DNA from: Mustelus asterias
Taxonomy: Eukaryota
Assembly: GCF_964213995.1 (NCBI RefSeq)
Contig: NC_135830.1
Location: forward strand, 10,974,001-11,038,000
DNA: 64,000 nucleotides
Reading direction: 5' to 3'
In this document: piece after piece, positions 48,886 to 61,991 of the stretch
Position numbering within the stretch: position 1 is the first letter of the stretch
Layout: each line of letters opens with the position of its first letter
Notes under the pieces: generated by a model
What the model was told of the DNA's origin: nothing
The model's input: only the letters and a program-made list of their open reading frames with translations
Database searches by the model: none
Made by a program: the position numbers and the translations under genes

Positions 48886-49818
48886 ATGTGTCTTGTTACT
48901 CTGTATTTATTCCTCACAGCGGCAGCTCTGTTAATCGGTAAGTTCACAAGTTGCTCACTCTGTGTTACACACCATTACCACACACTGTATTCTGCCGGGC
49001 GGTTCGCTCAATGCAAGGGGGAGAGGGTGGGTGATCAGGGAATGGATTGATCACAAAATCGAAAAGTTATCTGGATCTCGCTGGTCTCAACATTGAACAC
49101 TGTTGGGATTGGGCACATTTCCCCCAGTGATTGATAGAGAATGAGTTGGGCTCATATTCAAGCTCCTCTGATACCAGTGAATGACTTTGGTAAACATCAC
49201 ACTTCAAACAGACTGACCGTGAGCAGTTTTCAGTAACAGGGACTGAAGTCGAGGAACTAACCCCGTTAGAAAGAGCAGAATGTTTATGGTGGAAGTTTTA
49301 CTTAATCGCCACAAATACCTTCCCATTCCAGCCACTGAACTGAGAGAAATATGTTTTGTTTTGCTGTCTGATTTCTCTCTGAGATTATTCTTGCCGATAA
49401 CGCGCAAATTCTGGGCGAAACTTGGTGAAGTCACAATGTTTAATTTAACATTCCTTTGGATTCTTACAGGACATTCCAGAGGAGATTCTGTTTCACAGAC
49501 AACGGCTACAGTCACCGTCACTGAAGGAGATGATGTTAGGTTGCTCTGTAATTACAAAGCTACAAACAACAACCTTTATCTATTCTGGTACCGTCAGTAT
49601 CCCAGCGGATCCATGGAGTATCTGCTGCAGACAAATAAATAGACCGGTAACACAGGGAGATCCCAGGGTACCGTTTGTCAGCGGAGCTCAATGATACAAC
49701 CCGCACCGTACCGCTGAAAGTTTCTAAAACAGAGCTGACAGACTCCGGGATGTATTACTGTGCACTTATATCGTGGGACCACAGTAGTTGAATCTCCCTT
49801 AACGCCCGTGCAATAACC
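48886..49818 (+). pseudogene. TRAV: TCR alpha/delta V segment 3 (leader 48886-48937, V exon 49470-49779), pseudogene with a 23-RSS
   Basis: MCLVTLYLFLTAAALLI|GHSRGDSVSQ..LLCNY..YLFWYRQYP..QTNK*, frameshift, RLSAEL..TELTDSGMYYCAL; RSS CACAGTA-23 bp-GCAATAACC; CRE-like TGACGT and CCAAT boxes upstream. Confidence 0.9.
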
Positions 49819-49903
49819 TCACAGCCCACAGGAGAACACCAAGCTCTCTCAATAGCACCCTCCCAGCACCACAATGGATCTTGTTATGGAATCAACGGGT
49901 GTG

Positions 49904-49966
49904 TAACGTATGGAGAGACTGCAAAGCTCATCTTCGGCAATGGAACCAGGCTGATTGTGGAACCCA
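49904..49966 (+). other. TRAJ: TCR alpha-type J segment (TYGETAKLIFGNGTRLIVEP)
   Basis: FGxG motif, GTAAGT donor, RSS GGATCTTGT-12 bp-GGGTGTG. Confidence 0.9.
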
Positions 49967-51039
49967 GTAAGTAACTAATCCTGGATAATGATCACTCAAC
50001 ATATTATTTTCTCCCTGTCACTTCATTGAGACATACAGTCGCTGTGTTATTTCAATTATCACTTGTTGTATAGACCGGGTGAGGAGCTCTCATTGGGAAT
50101 CCAAAGAGCAGCTTCAATGGACATTGAGATGGAGCAGATGAAATCTTTTTTGATTCCACAATTCACGACTGTTTCCTTAAAACATTTAATTGGCCTTTAA
50201 TCATAAAAACCCACTTGGGTAGCGAGCAAGGAGATGTGTTAATGAAATGTTTGTGCGTAATGCAATTAAATGACACATTGATAGATAGTTAGAAGAGGCA
50301 CGCCCCGATAGAGTCATAGAGTCATAGAGATAGACAGCACTGTAAAAGTCGCTTCAGCCTAACGAGGGGCAGAGATAGCGTAGACAGGAAGACACGTATC
50401 CCCATTTTAGAGGGATCAATGAGCAGTGATGCATTGATTTAAGGCAGGGATAGGCGATTTAGAGGGAATGTGACGAGAACCTTTTCGTCCTAAGGGTGAC
50501 AGAAATCTGGAACTCACTGTCTGAAAGGGTGGTGGTGACAGAGACCCTCACAACATTTAAGGAGTGTTTGGTTATGCGCTTTTGATGCCATATCATACAC
50601 GGCAATGGACCAAGTGCTGGAAATGGGATTAGAAAAGTCAGCTGGTTTATCTTTGGCCGGGGCAGACACGATGGGCCGAAGGGCCTTTGATATACTGTAG
50701 ACTTCTATTCTATTCCCTTGTGGGAGAGTCTAGGACCAGAGGCTAAATCCCAGAATAAGGGGTTGCCGATTTAAAGAGAGAGATGATGAAGAATTTCGTC
50801 CTTCAGACGGTACCGAATCTGTGGACTTCGTTACCACAGAGGGATGTATAGGCTGTCGTTAAGCACTTTCAATGCTGGGATAGACAGATTTTTAATCCGC
50901 AAGGAAATCGAGGGTTATGAGGACACTGGAGTTGAGGATTATCACATCAGATCAGTCGTGATCTCATTGAATGATGGGTGAGCCGAATGGCCTCCTTCTG
51001 CTCAGGGAGAAGTATCGGGGAGATGGAAAAAGCGAATCA

Positions 51040-51353
51040 GAGAATCCGACAGTGCAGAAGGAGGCCATTCAGCCCATCGAGTCTGCACCGACCACAATCC
51101 CACACATGCGCTATCCCCATAACTCCACATATTTACCTTGCTAATCCCCTGACACTACGGTCAATTTAGCTTGGTCAATCAACCTAACCCGCATATCTTT
51201 GGACTGTAGGAGGAAACCAGAGCACCCGGAGGAAACCCACGTAGACACGGGGAGAACATGCAGACTCCACACAGAGAGTGCCCCGAGGCCGGAATTGAAT
51301 CCGGGTCCCTGGCTGTGAGGCAGCAGTGCTAACCATTGTGCCACTTTGCCGCC
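51040..51353 (-). mobile_element. HE1-like SINE
   Basis: Reverse complement of head, core and CR1-like tail. Confidence 0.85.
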
Positions 51354-51625
51354 CTCCGTCAATTTCTTGTCCAAATATTGTGCTCTTTAAAATATGTTTA
51401 AAAAAACAGTGGGAACTAAGTCTGTGTGTGTGTGCGGGGGGGGGGGGGGGGGGGGGGGGGGTGGAGGGGGAGGGGGCGGGGAGGGGGGTGGACAGGGAGG
51501 AAATGGTTATATTTGGTTCGGGAGGGAAGCTAATTAAAAAGAGTAATAATAGCTCAAAGTGAATGTAAGCTAGACCTGGGTTCATGTGGCTGGGTCGATA
51601 TTTTGTAGTAGTTGTTACCACTGTG

Positions 51626-51684
51626 CTATGGTGGAATTGTGAAGCTTGTCTTTGGCGAAGGGACAAAACTCACTGTGGAGCCCA
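51626..51684 (+). other. TRAJ: TCR alpha-type J segment (YGGIVKLVFGEGTKLTVEP), intact
   Basis: ATATTTTGT-12 bp-CACTGTG, FGxG, GTAAGT. Confidence 0.93.
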
Positions 51685-52096
51685 GTAAGTCCTCAACTAT
51701 TTTCCACCATGACCTATTTACAGTAGGGGGACAATTGAAAATTACACTTCGAATATATATCACCAAATCATGTTTTTTGTTTCAATCGGTATCTACTTTT
51801 GGGGATGAGAGGTAATATAATGGCCATTAATAACGTGGAGAGGTCCTGTGCCGTATGTGTGAAAGTCCCTGCCCCTGAGCCAGAAAAGCCGGGTTCGAGT
51901 CCGAATCAATGTACTTGATGGCCAAGGAAGGTGAGGCACTGGTGGTAAGAGTGGGAGAGATACCTGCTCAGCCACGTTTGATATGGAGCGTGGCTTCCTC
52001 GATCTCTAAGCCCCTGGCAACAGTATAGTGACCTGCTCCAGAAATAACTAGCTCTGAAAACAGATCAATTCTGCCTTTGTGCACCATTGGGTGCAG

Positions 52097-53966
52097 TAAG
52101 GGAATTAGAAGTCACGAGATGTTCTTGGCAGGCAGGATTAAGGAGAATCCTAAGGCATTCTATTCATACGTTAGGAACAAAAGAGTTGTCAGGGAGAAAA
52201 TCGGTCATCTCAGGGACAAAGGAGGGGAATTATGCTTAGAACACATGGGAATAGGGGAGATCCTAAATGAATACTTTGCATCGGTATTCACGAAGAAGAG
52301 GGGCGTGTTAACTGGGAGTGTCTCGGAGGGAGGTGTTGACCCGCAAGAGAAAATCTCCATTACAAGAGAGGAAGTGTTAGATTTTTTACGGAACATTAAA
52401 ACTAACAAAGCCCCAGGGCCTGATGGCATCTATCCGCGACTGCTCAGGGAGACAAGAGATGAAATTGCTGGGCCTCTGACGGAAATCTTTGTCGCTTCTT
52501 TGGACACGGGTGAGGTCCCTGAGGATTGGAGGATAGCGAATGTGGTCCCGTTGTTTAAGAAGGGTAGCAGGGATAACCCAGGAAATTATAGGTTGGTGAG
52601 CTTGACGTCCGTGGTAGGGAAGTTGTTAGAGAGGATTCTTAGAGACAGGATGTATGTACATTTAGAACGGAACAATCTCATTAGTGACAGACAGCATGGT
52701 TTTGTAAGAGGGAGGTCGTGCCTTACAAATTTGGTGGAGTTTTTTGAGGAAGTGACAAAAACGGTTGATGAAGGAAGGGCCGTGGATGTCGTCTATATGG
52801 ATTTCAGTAAGGCATTTGACAAAGTCCCACATGGCAGGTTGGTTAAGAAGGTTAAGGCTCATGGGATACAAGGAGAAGTGGCTAGATGGGTGGAGAACTG
52901 GCTTGGCCATAGGAGACAGAGGGTAGTGGTCGAAGGGTCTTTTTCCGGCTGGAGGTCTGTGACCAGTGGTGTTCCGCAGGGCTCTGTACTGGGACCTCTG
53001 CTATTTGTGATATATATAAATGATTTGGAAGAAGGTGTAACTGGTGTAATCAGCAAGTTTGCGGATGACACAAAGATGGCTGGACTTGCGGATAGCGAAG
53101 AGCATTGTCGGGCAATACAGCAGGATATAGATAGGCTGGAAAATTGGGCGGAGAGGTGGCAGATGGAGTTTAATCCGGATAAATGCGAAGTGATGCATTT
53201 TGGAAGGAATAATGTAGGGTGGAGATATACAATAAATGGCAGAGTCATCAGGAGTATAGAAACACAGAGGGACCTAGATGTGCAAGTCCACAAATCCTTG
53301 AAGGTGGCAACACAGGTGGAGAAGGTGGTGAAGAAGGCATATGGTATGCTTGCCTTTATAGGACTGGGTATAGAGTATAAAAGCTGGAGTCTGATGATGC
53401 AGCTGTATAGAACGCTGGTTAGGCCACATTTGGAGTACTGCGTCCAGTTCTGGTCGCCACACTACCAGAAGGACGTGGAGGCGTTAGAGAGAGTGCAGAG
53501 AAGGTTTACCAGGATGTTGCCTGGTATGGAGGGTCTTAGCTATGAGGAGAGATTGGGTAAACTGGGGTTGTTCTCCCTGGAAAGACGGAGAATGAGGGGA
53601 GATCTAATAGAGGTGTACAAGATTATGAAGGGGATAGATAGGGTGAACGGTGGGAAGCTTTTTCCCAGATCAGAAGTGACGTTCACGAGGGGTCACGGGC
53701 TCAAGGTGAGAGGGGCGAAGTATAACTCAGATATTAGAGGGATGCTTTTTACACAGACGGTGGTGGGGGCCTGGAATGCGCTGCCAAGTAGGGTGGTGGA
53801 GGCAAGCACGCTGACATCGTTTAAGACTTACCTGGATAGTCACATGAGCAGCCTGGGAATGGAGGGATACAAACGATTGGTCTAGTTGGACCAAGGAGCG
53901 GCACAGGCTTGGAGGGCCGAAGGGCCTGTTTCCTGTGCTGTACTGTTCTTTGTTCTTTGTTCTTTG
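52097..53966 (+). mobile_element. Young 5'-truncated CR1 LINE with uninterrupted RT ORF (52077-53885)
   Basis: KAPGPDG, GNYRLVSLTS, QHGF..SCLTNL, YMDFSKAFDKV, GVPQGSVLGP, KFADD; (TTCTTTG)n tail. Confidence 0.97.
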
Positions 53967-54164
53967 TATGTCCTTTGTGTTATAGAATCGTATAAGATCC
54001 ATTGTTCCTCTTTTGGCGTAAATAAATTTTAAGATGAACTCTTCGCACACCATAGCAGCTTTCAAGGCAACTAGTTAATCTTCCAGTTTCCTTGCTATGT
54101 GTATTAGCCAGAAACTGAATGACCTTATGCATTGGTCGCTTTCTGCTGGCAATGTGTCACGGTG

Positions 54165-54230
54165 CTTATTACCATGACGGTAGTTAGAAACTCACTTTTG
54201 GCAGCGGAATCCAATTGACTGTTGTGCCAA
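54165..54230 (+). pseudogene. TRAJ: TCR alpha-type J pseudogene
   Basis: CACGGTG heptamer; YYHDGS*KLTFGSGIQLTVVP; donor mutated to CTAAGT. Confidence 0.85.
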
Positions 54231-54852
54231 CTAAGTGCCAGCTGATTTGTCTTTATCCATCGACGGACTTTTCTGCTAAACCCGTGTCTGGCAAATGGTA
54301 ACAAAGAGCGAAAATAATTAATTAATTTCATGTAATAATAAATTGTGAAATTGATCAACATATCATTAGGTAGCTAAGTAGAGAGACAGAAATCCAGGGG
54401 ATATAATCAGTAAATTCGCAGACGACAGAAAAAGTGGTGGTGTGGTAAATGGAGAGGAGGAAAGCCTTACATTATAGTATGATACGGAGGGTAAATGGGC
54501 AGAGCAATGGTCAAATGGGCAGAGCAGTGGAAAATTGAAATTTAACTCTGAAAAGTGTGAGATAACACATTTTGGGAGGACTAACATGACAGGAGAATAC
54601 AGCGAAGTTAATGAAATCCTGCATGGAAGGAACGTTAAACTTCTAACTATGTGTTGTACTTTTGTGAAATAGAGAAAATCAAATATAATTGGAGTTTGTT
54701 GGGAAATGGTTTCGGGGAGAGGTGCAGTTGCATTTTCCTCCTGCAACTTGAATCCGAATCTATAGTCAAAACACCAAGCAAGACAATAAAGACTTCTGGC
54801 ATTACTGTTCCCACGAGAGTAACAGATATGTTTAGCATCTGCAACGACAGTG

Positions 54853-54912
54853 TCACCCCCACTGATGACAGGCTGATCCTTGGCACTGGAACAAAAGTCA
54901 CTGTGGAACCCA
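54853..54912 (+). pseudogene. TRAJ: TCR alpha-type J pseudogene
   Basis: TPTDDRLILGTGTKVTVEP (F>L); donor mutated to ATAAGC; weak RSS. Confidence 0.8.
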
Positions 54913-55238
54913 ATAAGCACCCTCGCAAAATGTAACGATGAAGCACTGCGGACGCAGAAAATTTGAACATTATTTACTGCGAATAAAATTCACATTTGTA
55001 AAGTGGATAGAAGTATATGTCATATGGAGCTAACAGGCTAGAAGAAGGAATTGCATTTAAATTGGTGGATGTGGGGAAATATGTTTCTGTCAAGATCTCT
55101 CCTGTCCTGGCTATTGAAGTCAGCAGAATCTGAAATTGAACTCAAAACTCAAAGTCAGGAGAAATAAAATATGAATAAGTCTTATATTTCGGCTCATCTG
55201 GTTCGGTTTAATTTTTTGTCGCATTGTGTGCAGATGTG

Positions 55239-55297
55239 CTAGCACCAGAACTTTAAAACTTATATTTGGCAGAGCAACAGATTCACCATCCGACCCA
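55239..55297 (+). pseudogene. TRAJ: TCR alpha-type J pseudogene
   Basis: ATTTTTTGT-12 bp-AGATGTG; STRTLKLIFGR, then 1-nt deletion; donor ATAAGA. Confidence 0.75.
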
Positions 55298-55500
55298 ATA
55301 AGACATTTAAAATCTTCAGTTTGGATCCGGTTAGAATTTATAATGGTTGAAGTTTCATTCAAGGATCTCAAGGGCTCTTCCCAATGTGAACTTTGTATAT
55401 TGCCCTGCCCCCGAATTAGTGAGTATGCTTTATCATGTATTAAATGACATCTGCATCTTCACTCCAATGGAAGGTTTATGTCTGTGCCCTTTGCACTGTG

Positions 55501-55561
55501 CATTATGATGATACCGTGAAGCTCACATTTGACAGCGGCACCCAGTTGACTGTTGTGCCAA
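55501..55561 (+). other. TRAJ: TCR alpha-type J segment (HYDDTVKLTFDSGTQLTVVP), FGxG altered to FDSG
   Basis: GGTTTATGT-12 bp-CACTGTG, GTGAGT donor. Confidence 0.9.
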
Positions 55562-55814
55562 GTGAGTACGATTGGAAGTTACATTCATTTTGTTTCATGC
55601 AGATTATTTTTTCGCTTTATGGTGTCTGACAAATAGCAAGTCAGCAACGATCCAAAATATCACATGGAACATAAGTGAAGGCATTTTGTCTGTAAGATGA
55701 GCTTCAAAAAGATAGGGAGACAGCTAACTCAGGTCTCAATGCTTATTTAGACATGCTGTAGGTGACAGACCAATCTTTGGGCCTCAACAATATGACATGC
55801 ATTGATGGGTGCCT

Positions 55815-58800
55815 CATAGAAACATAGAAACTTGGAAGATCGTAGCAGGAGGAGGCCATTCGGCCCTTCGAGCGTGCTCCGCCATTCATTACGATCATGG
55901 CTGATCGTCCAACTCAGTAGCTTAATCCTGCTTCCTCCCCAAAATCTTTGATCCCATTCGCCCCAAGTGCAATATCTTGCCACCTTTCGAATACATTCAA
56001 TGTTTAGGCATCTACTACTTCTTGTGGTAATGAATTCCACAGGCTCACCACTCTTTGGATGAAGAAATGTCTCCTCACTACGGTCCGAAATGGTCTATCC
56101 CGAATCCTCAGACTATGACCCCTGGTTCTGGACTCCCACCATCGGGAACATCCTCCCTGCATCTACCTGTCAAGTCCTGTTAGAGCTTTGGAAGTCTCTA
56201 TGTGATCCCCCCTCATTCGTCTGAACTCCAGCGAAAACAATCCTAACCTAGTCAATCTCTCCCCATACATCAGCCGCGCTATCCCCGGGATCAGCCTGGT
56301 AAAGCTTCGCTGCACTTCCTCGGGAGCAAGAACATCCTTCCTCAGAAAAGGAGATCAAAACTGCACACAATATTCCAGGTGCGGCTTTACCAAGTCCCTG
56401 TATAATTGCAACAACACATCCCTGCTCCTGTACTCAAAACCTCTCGCAATGAAGGCCAACATACCATTTGCCATCTTTACTGCCTGCTGCACCTGCATGC
56501 TTACCTTCAGCGTCTGTTGAACAAGGACACCTCGGTCCCGATGTATTCTCCTCTCCCAATTCACAGCCATTTAGGTAGCAAACTGCCTTCTTGTTTTTGC
56601 TTCCAAAATGACTAACCGCACATCTATCTAAATTATACTGCATCTGCCATTGTTTTGCCCACTTGCACAACCTGTCCAGATCAGGCTGAAGGGTCTCTGC
56701 AGCCTCGTCACAGTTCACCCTCCCACCCAACTTGGTATCATCTGTAAATTTTGAGATGTTACATTTTGCTCCCTCGTCCAAATCATTAATATATATTATG
56801 AATAGCTGGGGCCCCAGCACCGATCCCTGTGGCACTCCACGAGTTACAGACTGCCAATTTGAAAATGACCTAATAATTCCTACTCCTTGTTTCCTTTCTG
56901 CCAACCAGTTTTCTGTCCTTCTCAATACACTTCCCTCAATCCCATGCACTTTAACCTTGAACAACAATCTCTTATGCGGGACTTTGTCAAACGATTTCTG
57001 AACGTCCAAATATGCATCAACTGGCTCACACTCGTTACATCTTCAAAGAATTCCAACAGATTTGTCAAGCATGATTTCCCCTTCATAAATCCGTGCTGAA
57101 TCTGTATGATCCTGCCACAGCTTTCAAAATACTCCGCTATAAGTACTTGATAACGGATTCGAGAATTTTCCCCAGTACCGATATTAGAAGACACAAACAA
57201 CATGCCAAAAATTGATGACAGGGAGGCTATGGCCGGTGAGAACCGAGAAACTATCATTATCACGAAAGAGGTAGTGATGGGCAAGTTAATGGGGCTAAAG
57301 GTAGACAAGTCTCCGGATCCTGGTAGAATGCATCCCAGGGTACTAAAAGAGGTGGCAGGAGAAATAGCAAATGCACTAGTGATAATTTACCAAAATTCGC
57401 TGGACTCTGGGGTGGTTCCCGCAGATTGAAAAACAGCAAATGTGTCGCCACTGTTTAAAAAAGGAGGTAGACAAAAGGCAGGTAACTATAGGCCGGTTAG
57501 CTTAACTTCTGTAGTAGGGAAAATGCTTGAATCTATCATCAAGGAAGAAATAGCGAGACCTCTGGATATGGATTGTCCCATTGGTAAGACGCACCATGGG
57601 TTCATGAAGAGCAGGTCATGTTTGACTAATTTGGTGGAATTCTTTGAGAACATTGCATGTGCAGTGGACAACGGGGAACCTGTGGATGTGGTGTATCTGG
57701 ATTTCCAGAAGGCATTTGACAAGGTGCCGCACGAAAGACTGCTACAAAAGATAAAGGTGCACAGTGTTACGGGTAATGTATTAGGATGGATAGAGGATTG
57801 GTTAACTAACAGAAGGCAAAGAGTGGGCGTAAATGGGTGTTTTTCTGGTTGGCGATCAGTGACTATTGGTGTGCCTCAGGGATCAGTGTTGGGACCGCAA
57901 TTGTTTATGATTTACATCAATGATTTGGAGTTGAGGACCAAGTGTAGTGTGTCAAAATTCGAAGATGACACTAAGATGGGTGGAAGAGCAAAGTGTGCAG
58001 AGGATGCTGAAAGTCTGCAAAGGGATATAGATAATCTGAGTGAGTGGGCGAGTGTCTGGCAGATGGAGTACAATGTTGGTAAGTGTAAAGTCATCCATTT
58101 TGGTAGGAATAACAGCAAAATGGACTATTATTTAAATGGTAAAACATTGCAGCATGTTGTTGTGCAGAGGGACCTGGGTGTCCTTGTGCAGGAATCTCAA
58201 GGAGTTGGGTTACAGGGGCAGCAGGTAATTGAGAAGGCAAATGGAATTTTGTCCTTCATTGCGAGAGGGATGGAGTTTAAAAATGGCGAAATTATGTTGC
58301 AGCGTATAAGGTGCTGGCGAGGCCACAGCTAGAGTACTGTCTACAGTTTTGGTCTCCTTACCTGAGAAAGAATATACTGGCACTGGAGGGGGTGCAGAGG
58401 AAATTCACTAGGTTGGTTCCGGAGTTGAGAGGGTTGGCTTATGACGAGAGACTGAGTAGACTGGGGCTATACTCACTGGAATTCAGAAGAATGAGGGAGG
58501 ATATTATAGAAGCATATAAGATTATGAAGGGAATAGATAAGATAAAAGCAGGGAAGGTGTTTCCAGTGGTGGGTGAAACTAGAACTAGGGGGCATAGCCT
58601 CAAAATAAGGTGAAGCAAATTTAAGACTGAATTGAGGAGGAACTTCTTCACACAAAGGGTTGGGAATGTGTGGAATTCCCTGCCCAGTGAAGCAGTTGAG
58701 GCTACCTCAATGAATGTTTTTAAGGCAAGGATAGATACATTTTTCAACAGTAAAGAATTAAGGGTGAGTGGGCGGGTAAGTGGAGCTCAGTCCATGAAAA

Positions 58801-60150
58801 GATCAGCCATGATCTTATTGAATGGAGGAACGAGCTCGAGGGGCCAGATGGCCTATTCCTGCTCCTAGTTCTTATGTTCTTATGTTCTTATTAGGCTTAT
58901 TGGTCTATGATTCCCTGTTTTCACTCTGCCACTCTTTTTGAATATTGGAGTGACATTAGCTACCCTCCAATCTGCAGGGACTATTCCAGAGTCTATAGAA
59001 TCCTGTAAGATGACCACCAATGCATCCATTATTTCTAGAGCCACTTCCTTTAGTACTCTGGGATGTAGATTATCAGGCCCTGCGGATTTATCCGCCTTCA
59101 ATTACATCAATGTTCCCAGCAACATTTCTCTACTGATGTTGATCTCCCTCAGTTCTTCCCTCTCACTCAATCTTGCATTCTCCAACATTTCTGGTATTTG
59201 ATTTGTGTCCTCATTTGTGAAGACAGAACTAAAGTATGTATTTCAGCTAGTCAGCCATTTCTCCGTCCCCTAATATACATTCCCCTATCTCTGTCTGTAA
59301 GGTTCTACATTTTGAAACTCTTAGTATCAGCCTTTATGTTCCCTGCAAGCTTAACTTCAGGCTGTATTTTCCTCTTGTTAATCAATCCCTTCGTACTTCT
59401 TTGCTGAATTCTAAACTGCTCCCAATCCTCAGACCTATTATTGGTTTTGGCCAATCTGTATGCTTCTTCCTTGGATCGGATACTATCTCTAATTTCCTTT
59501 GTAAGCCTGGATTGGCCCTCTTACCCATTTTGCTTTTGTGCCAGATAGGGATAAACAATTGCTGCAGTTCCCCCATGCGCTTTTTGAATGTTTGCCGTTG
59601 CCTATCCATTGTCATCCCTTTAAGTAAGTCTCCCCAATCTATGAAGGCCAAATCACGCCTCATATATTCATTGTCTCGTTTATTAAGATTCAGCACTGTC
59701 GTCTCCGAATCAACTACTTCACTCTCCATCTTGATAAAACATTCTCTCATGTTATGGTCGCTCATCCCCAAGGTGTCTCGCACAACTAGATTGGCAATTA
59801 TTCCCTTCTCACTCCACAATACCCAGTCTAAGATGGCCTGCTCCCTCGTTGGTTCCTTCACATATTGGTGAAGGAAGCCATCCCGTATCCACTCAGGAAT
59901 TCCTCCTCGACGGCATTGTGGCTAATTTGATTTGTCCAATCAATGTGCAGATTAAAATCACCCATGATCACCGATATTCACTCATCACATGCATCTCTAA
60001 TTTCGTGTTTAATGCCATTTCCAACATCACCACTGCAGTTTCGGCGTCTATATATGACACCCATCTGATGTTTTCTGCCCCTTGGTATCTCTCAACTCTA
60101 CCCATACACATTATCAGAGCTAATATAGTTTCCCACCATTGTGTTAATTT
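55815..60150 (-). mobile_element. CR1 LINE split by a second CR1 insertion
   Basis: Minus-strand ORF2 remnants on both sides of 57188-58888 are colinear (GNHRPISL-I | SVLGKILESVIK). Confidence 0.9.
57188..58888 (+). mobile_element. Nested 5'-truncated CR1 LINE
   Basis: RT ORF pieces 57202-58613, (TTCTTATG)n tail, flanking TATTAG duplication. Confidence 0.92.
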
Positions 60151-60177
60151 CCTGGGGGGGAGGTGAAACTGGGGGGA

Positions 60178-60510
60178 GGTGATGGCCTAGTGGCAATATC
60201 GCTAGATTATTAATCCAGGAATTTAACTAATGTTCTGGGGACCCACGTTCGAATTCTGCCACACAGATGGTGGAATTTAAATTCAAAAATCTGGAATTAA
60301 GAATCTACTGTTGACGATGAAAACCATTGTCGATTGTCGGAAACACCTATCTGGTTCAGTAATGTCCTTTAGAGAAGAAAATCTTCCGTCCTTATCTGAT
60401 CTGGCCGACATGTGCAATTTGGTTAACTCTCAATTGCCTTCCAAGGGCAATTGGGGATGGGCAATAAATGCTGGCCAGCCAACGATGCCCATGCCCCACA
60501 AATTAATGAA
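60178..60510 (+). mobile_element. tRNA-derived SINE (SacSINE/DeuSINE-like)
   Basis: GGTGATGGCCTAGTGG head, GTTCGAAT B box, GATGGGCAATAAATGCTGGCC tail. Confidence 0.7.
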
Positions 60511-61160
60511 AAATATCTCCCTTTTGGAAAATGAGCCTGAGTAACAGCAGATTCAACTAAACGTAAACGCAACTTTCATGCTCAACATGTCTGTTTACCT
60601 CTTTGAAATCTAACAGGACTATGACAATAGGAACAGGTAATGCTGGGAAAAACCCCAGCAGGTCAGGCTGCATTTGCAAGAAGAGAAAGCTTAGCTAATA
60701 AATGAAATACTATCCCTTGAATTGTATTTCTTTTCTGCCAGAGGTTGAGGCGTCGCTGGCAAGGCCATGCTGCAACTCTCTCATTGGCCGACCAGTTAAG
60801 CCATTTCGGAGATTGGCAGAGCAGGCACTGAGGGCTGAAGAGCCTCCCCTTGTTCATATGTTTCCTAACCTAGGCTCAGAGGCAAAATATATTTGTTGCT
60901 GGGGAAGGGCGTGGAGGGCTACATTTGACCAGTGACTATCTTGGCTCAGAAATTCTTCACGTTAATAGAATCTTAGAGCATCCAAGGAGGCTATTCGGCC
61001 CATTTAGTCTCTGATGGTGGGGAGGGGGAAGATATGCAATGTCTGATACCTGCAGCGAATTAGTGGCTGTTCCAGATTTGTCTTTGCCGCAAATTATCTG
61101 AAATCTGAAACACCTATCTCAAGAGAAGGTTTCTTAACTGTCTGAGCAATTGTTACTGTG

Positions 61161-61210
61161 CTACAGTAAATTAACGTTCGGCAGCGGCACCCAGGTGACC
61201 GTTATACCAA
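61161..61210 (+). other. TRAJ: TCR alpha-type J segment (YSKLTFGSGTQVTVIP)
   Basis: TACTGTG heptamer, poor nonamer, FGxG, GTGAGT donor. Confidence 0.85.
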
Positions 61211-61991
61211 GTGAGTGTGAAGTCAGTATGTTTTTTTCTTTCGTTCCACATCTCCTCTGTTATCTAGTTGTCTGTTGTAAGTAGTCTAGTCAAGCTGGGC
61301 AGAGTGCCAATATAATATGTGGCATGCAGGCGAAGAGACTGCACGGTTTTGCGTCAGTTTTGATCCAGCTCAGCTTAGCCAGGCATTAGAGATACATGGG
61401 ATAGGAGCTGGAACTGCCTCAGTAATATGATGTTGAACTGAGAAGCTGATTTGTGTCCTGTCAACGGGATAGGAAGATTCCATCCAGAGAGTTGACCCAA
61501 AAGAAAGAGGGGAGATGGGTAAGCATCATTGTTCTGTTTAAACCTTTGTAATTGTGAATTACACAGGCTTTTCATTCTCTTGGTGAAAAAGAAATTCTCC
61601 TCATGTTAGTCCCATATCCTTAGACTATGAAGCCTGGTTCTGGAACCTGCCGCCATCCTGAATCTACCCTGTCTAATCCTGCACTATGGGTTTTAATGAG
61701 ATCTTCTCCTCCTGCCTCCCTTCTTCTGAACCCCAGACAATAAAATCCTAACCGACTCAATCTCCCCTCATACGTCAGTATTGCCACTCCAGAAACTGTC
61801 CAGTGAACCTTCGCTGCACTCCCCCTATAGCAAGAACATCCTTCCTCGGATATTATTTTGCATTTGTTTCTTGGTAATAATGAACTGGCTGTGGAAGCAA
61901 GTCGAATCTTAAAAACCTTAGCATGAAAAATAATCCTTACATTGCTCTTCATGTGGGTTATGTCGATTTTGTACCATCTGGTATCACTGTG

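Noticed and set aside
24625-49966. NAR-TCR or TCR-mu style two-V-domain gene
   Set aside because: The upstream VDJ is IgM-type with its own complete C-mu, and the downstream TCR V segments have their own leader exons and are defective
52077-53885. 602-aa host protein gene
   Set aside because: 5'-truncated CR1 ORF2 with a non-ATG start in flanking DNA
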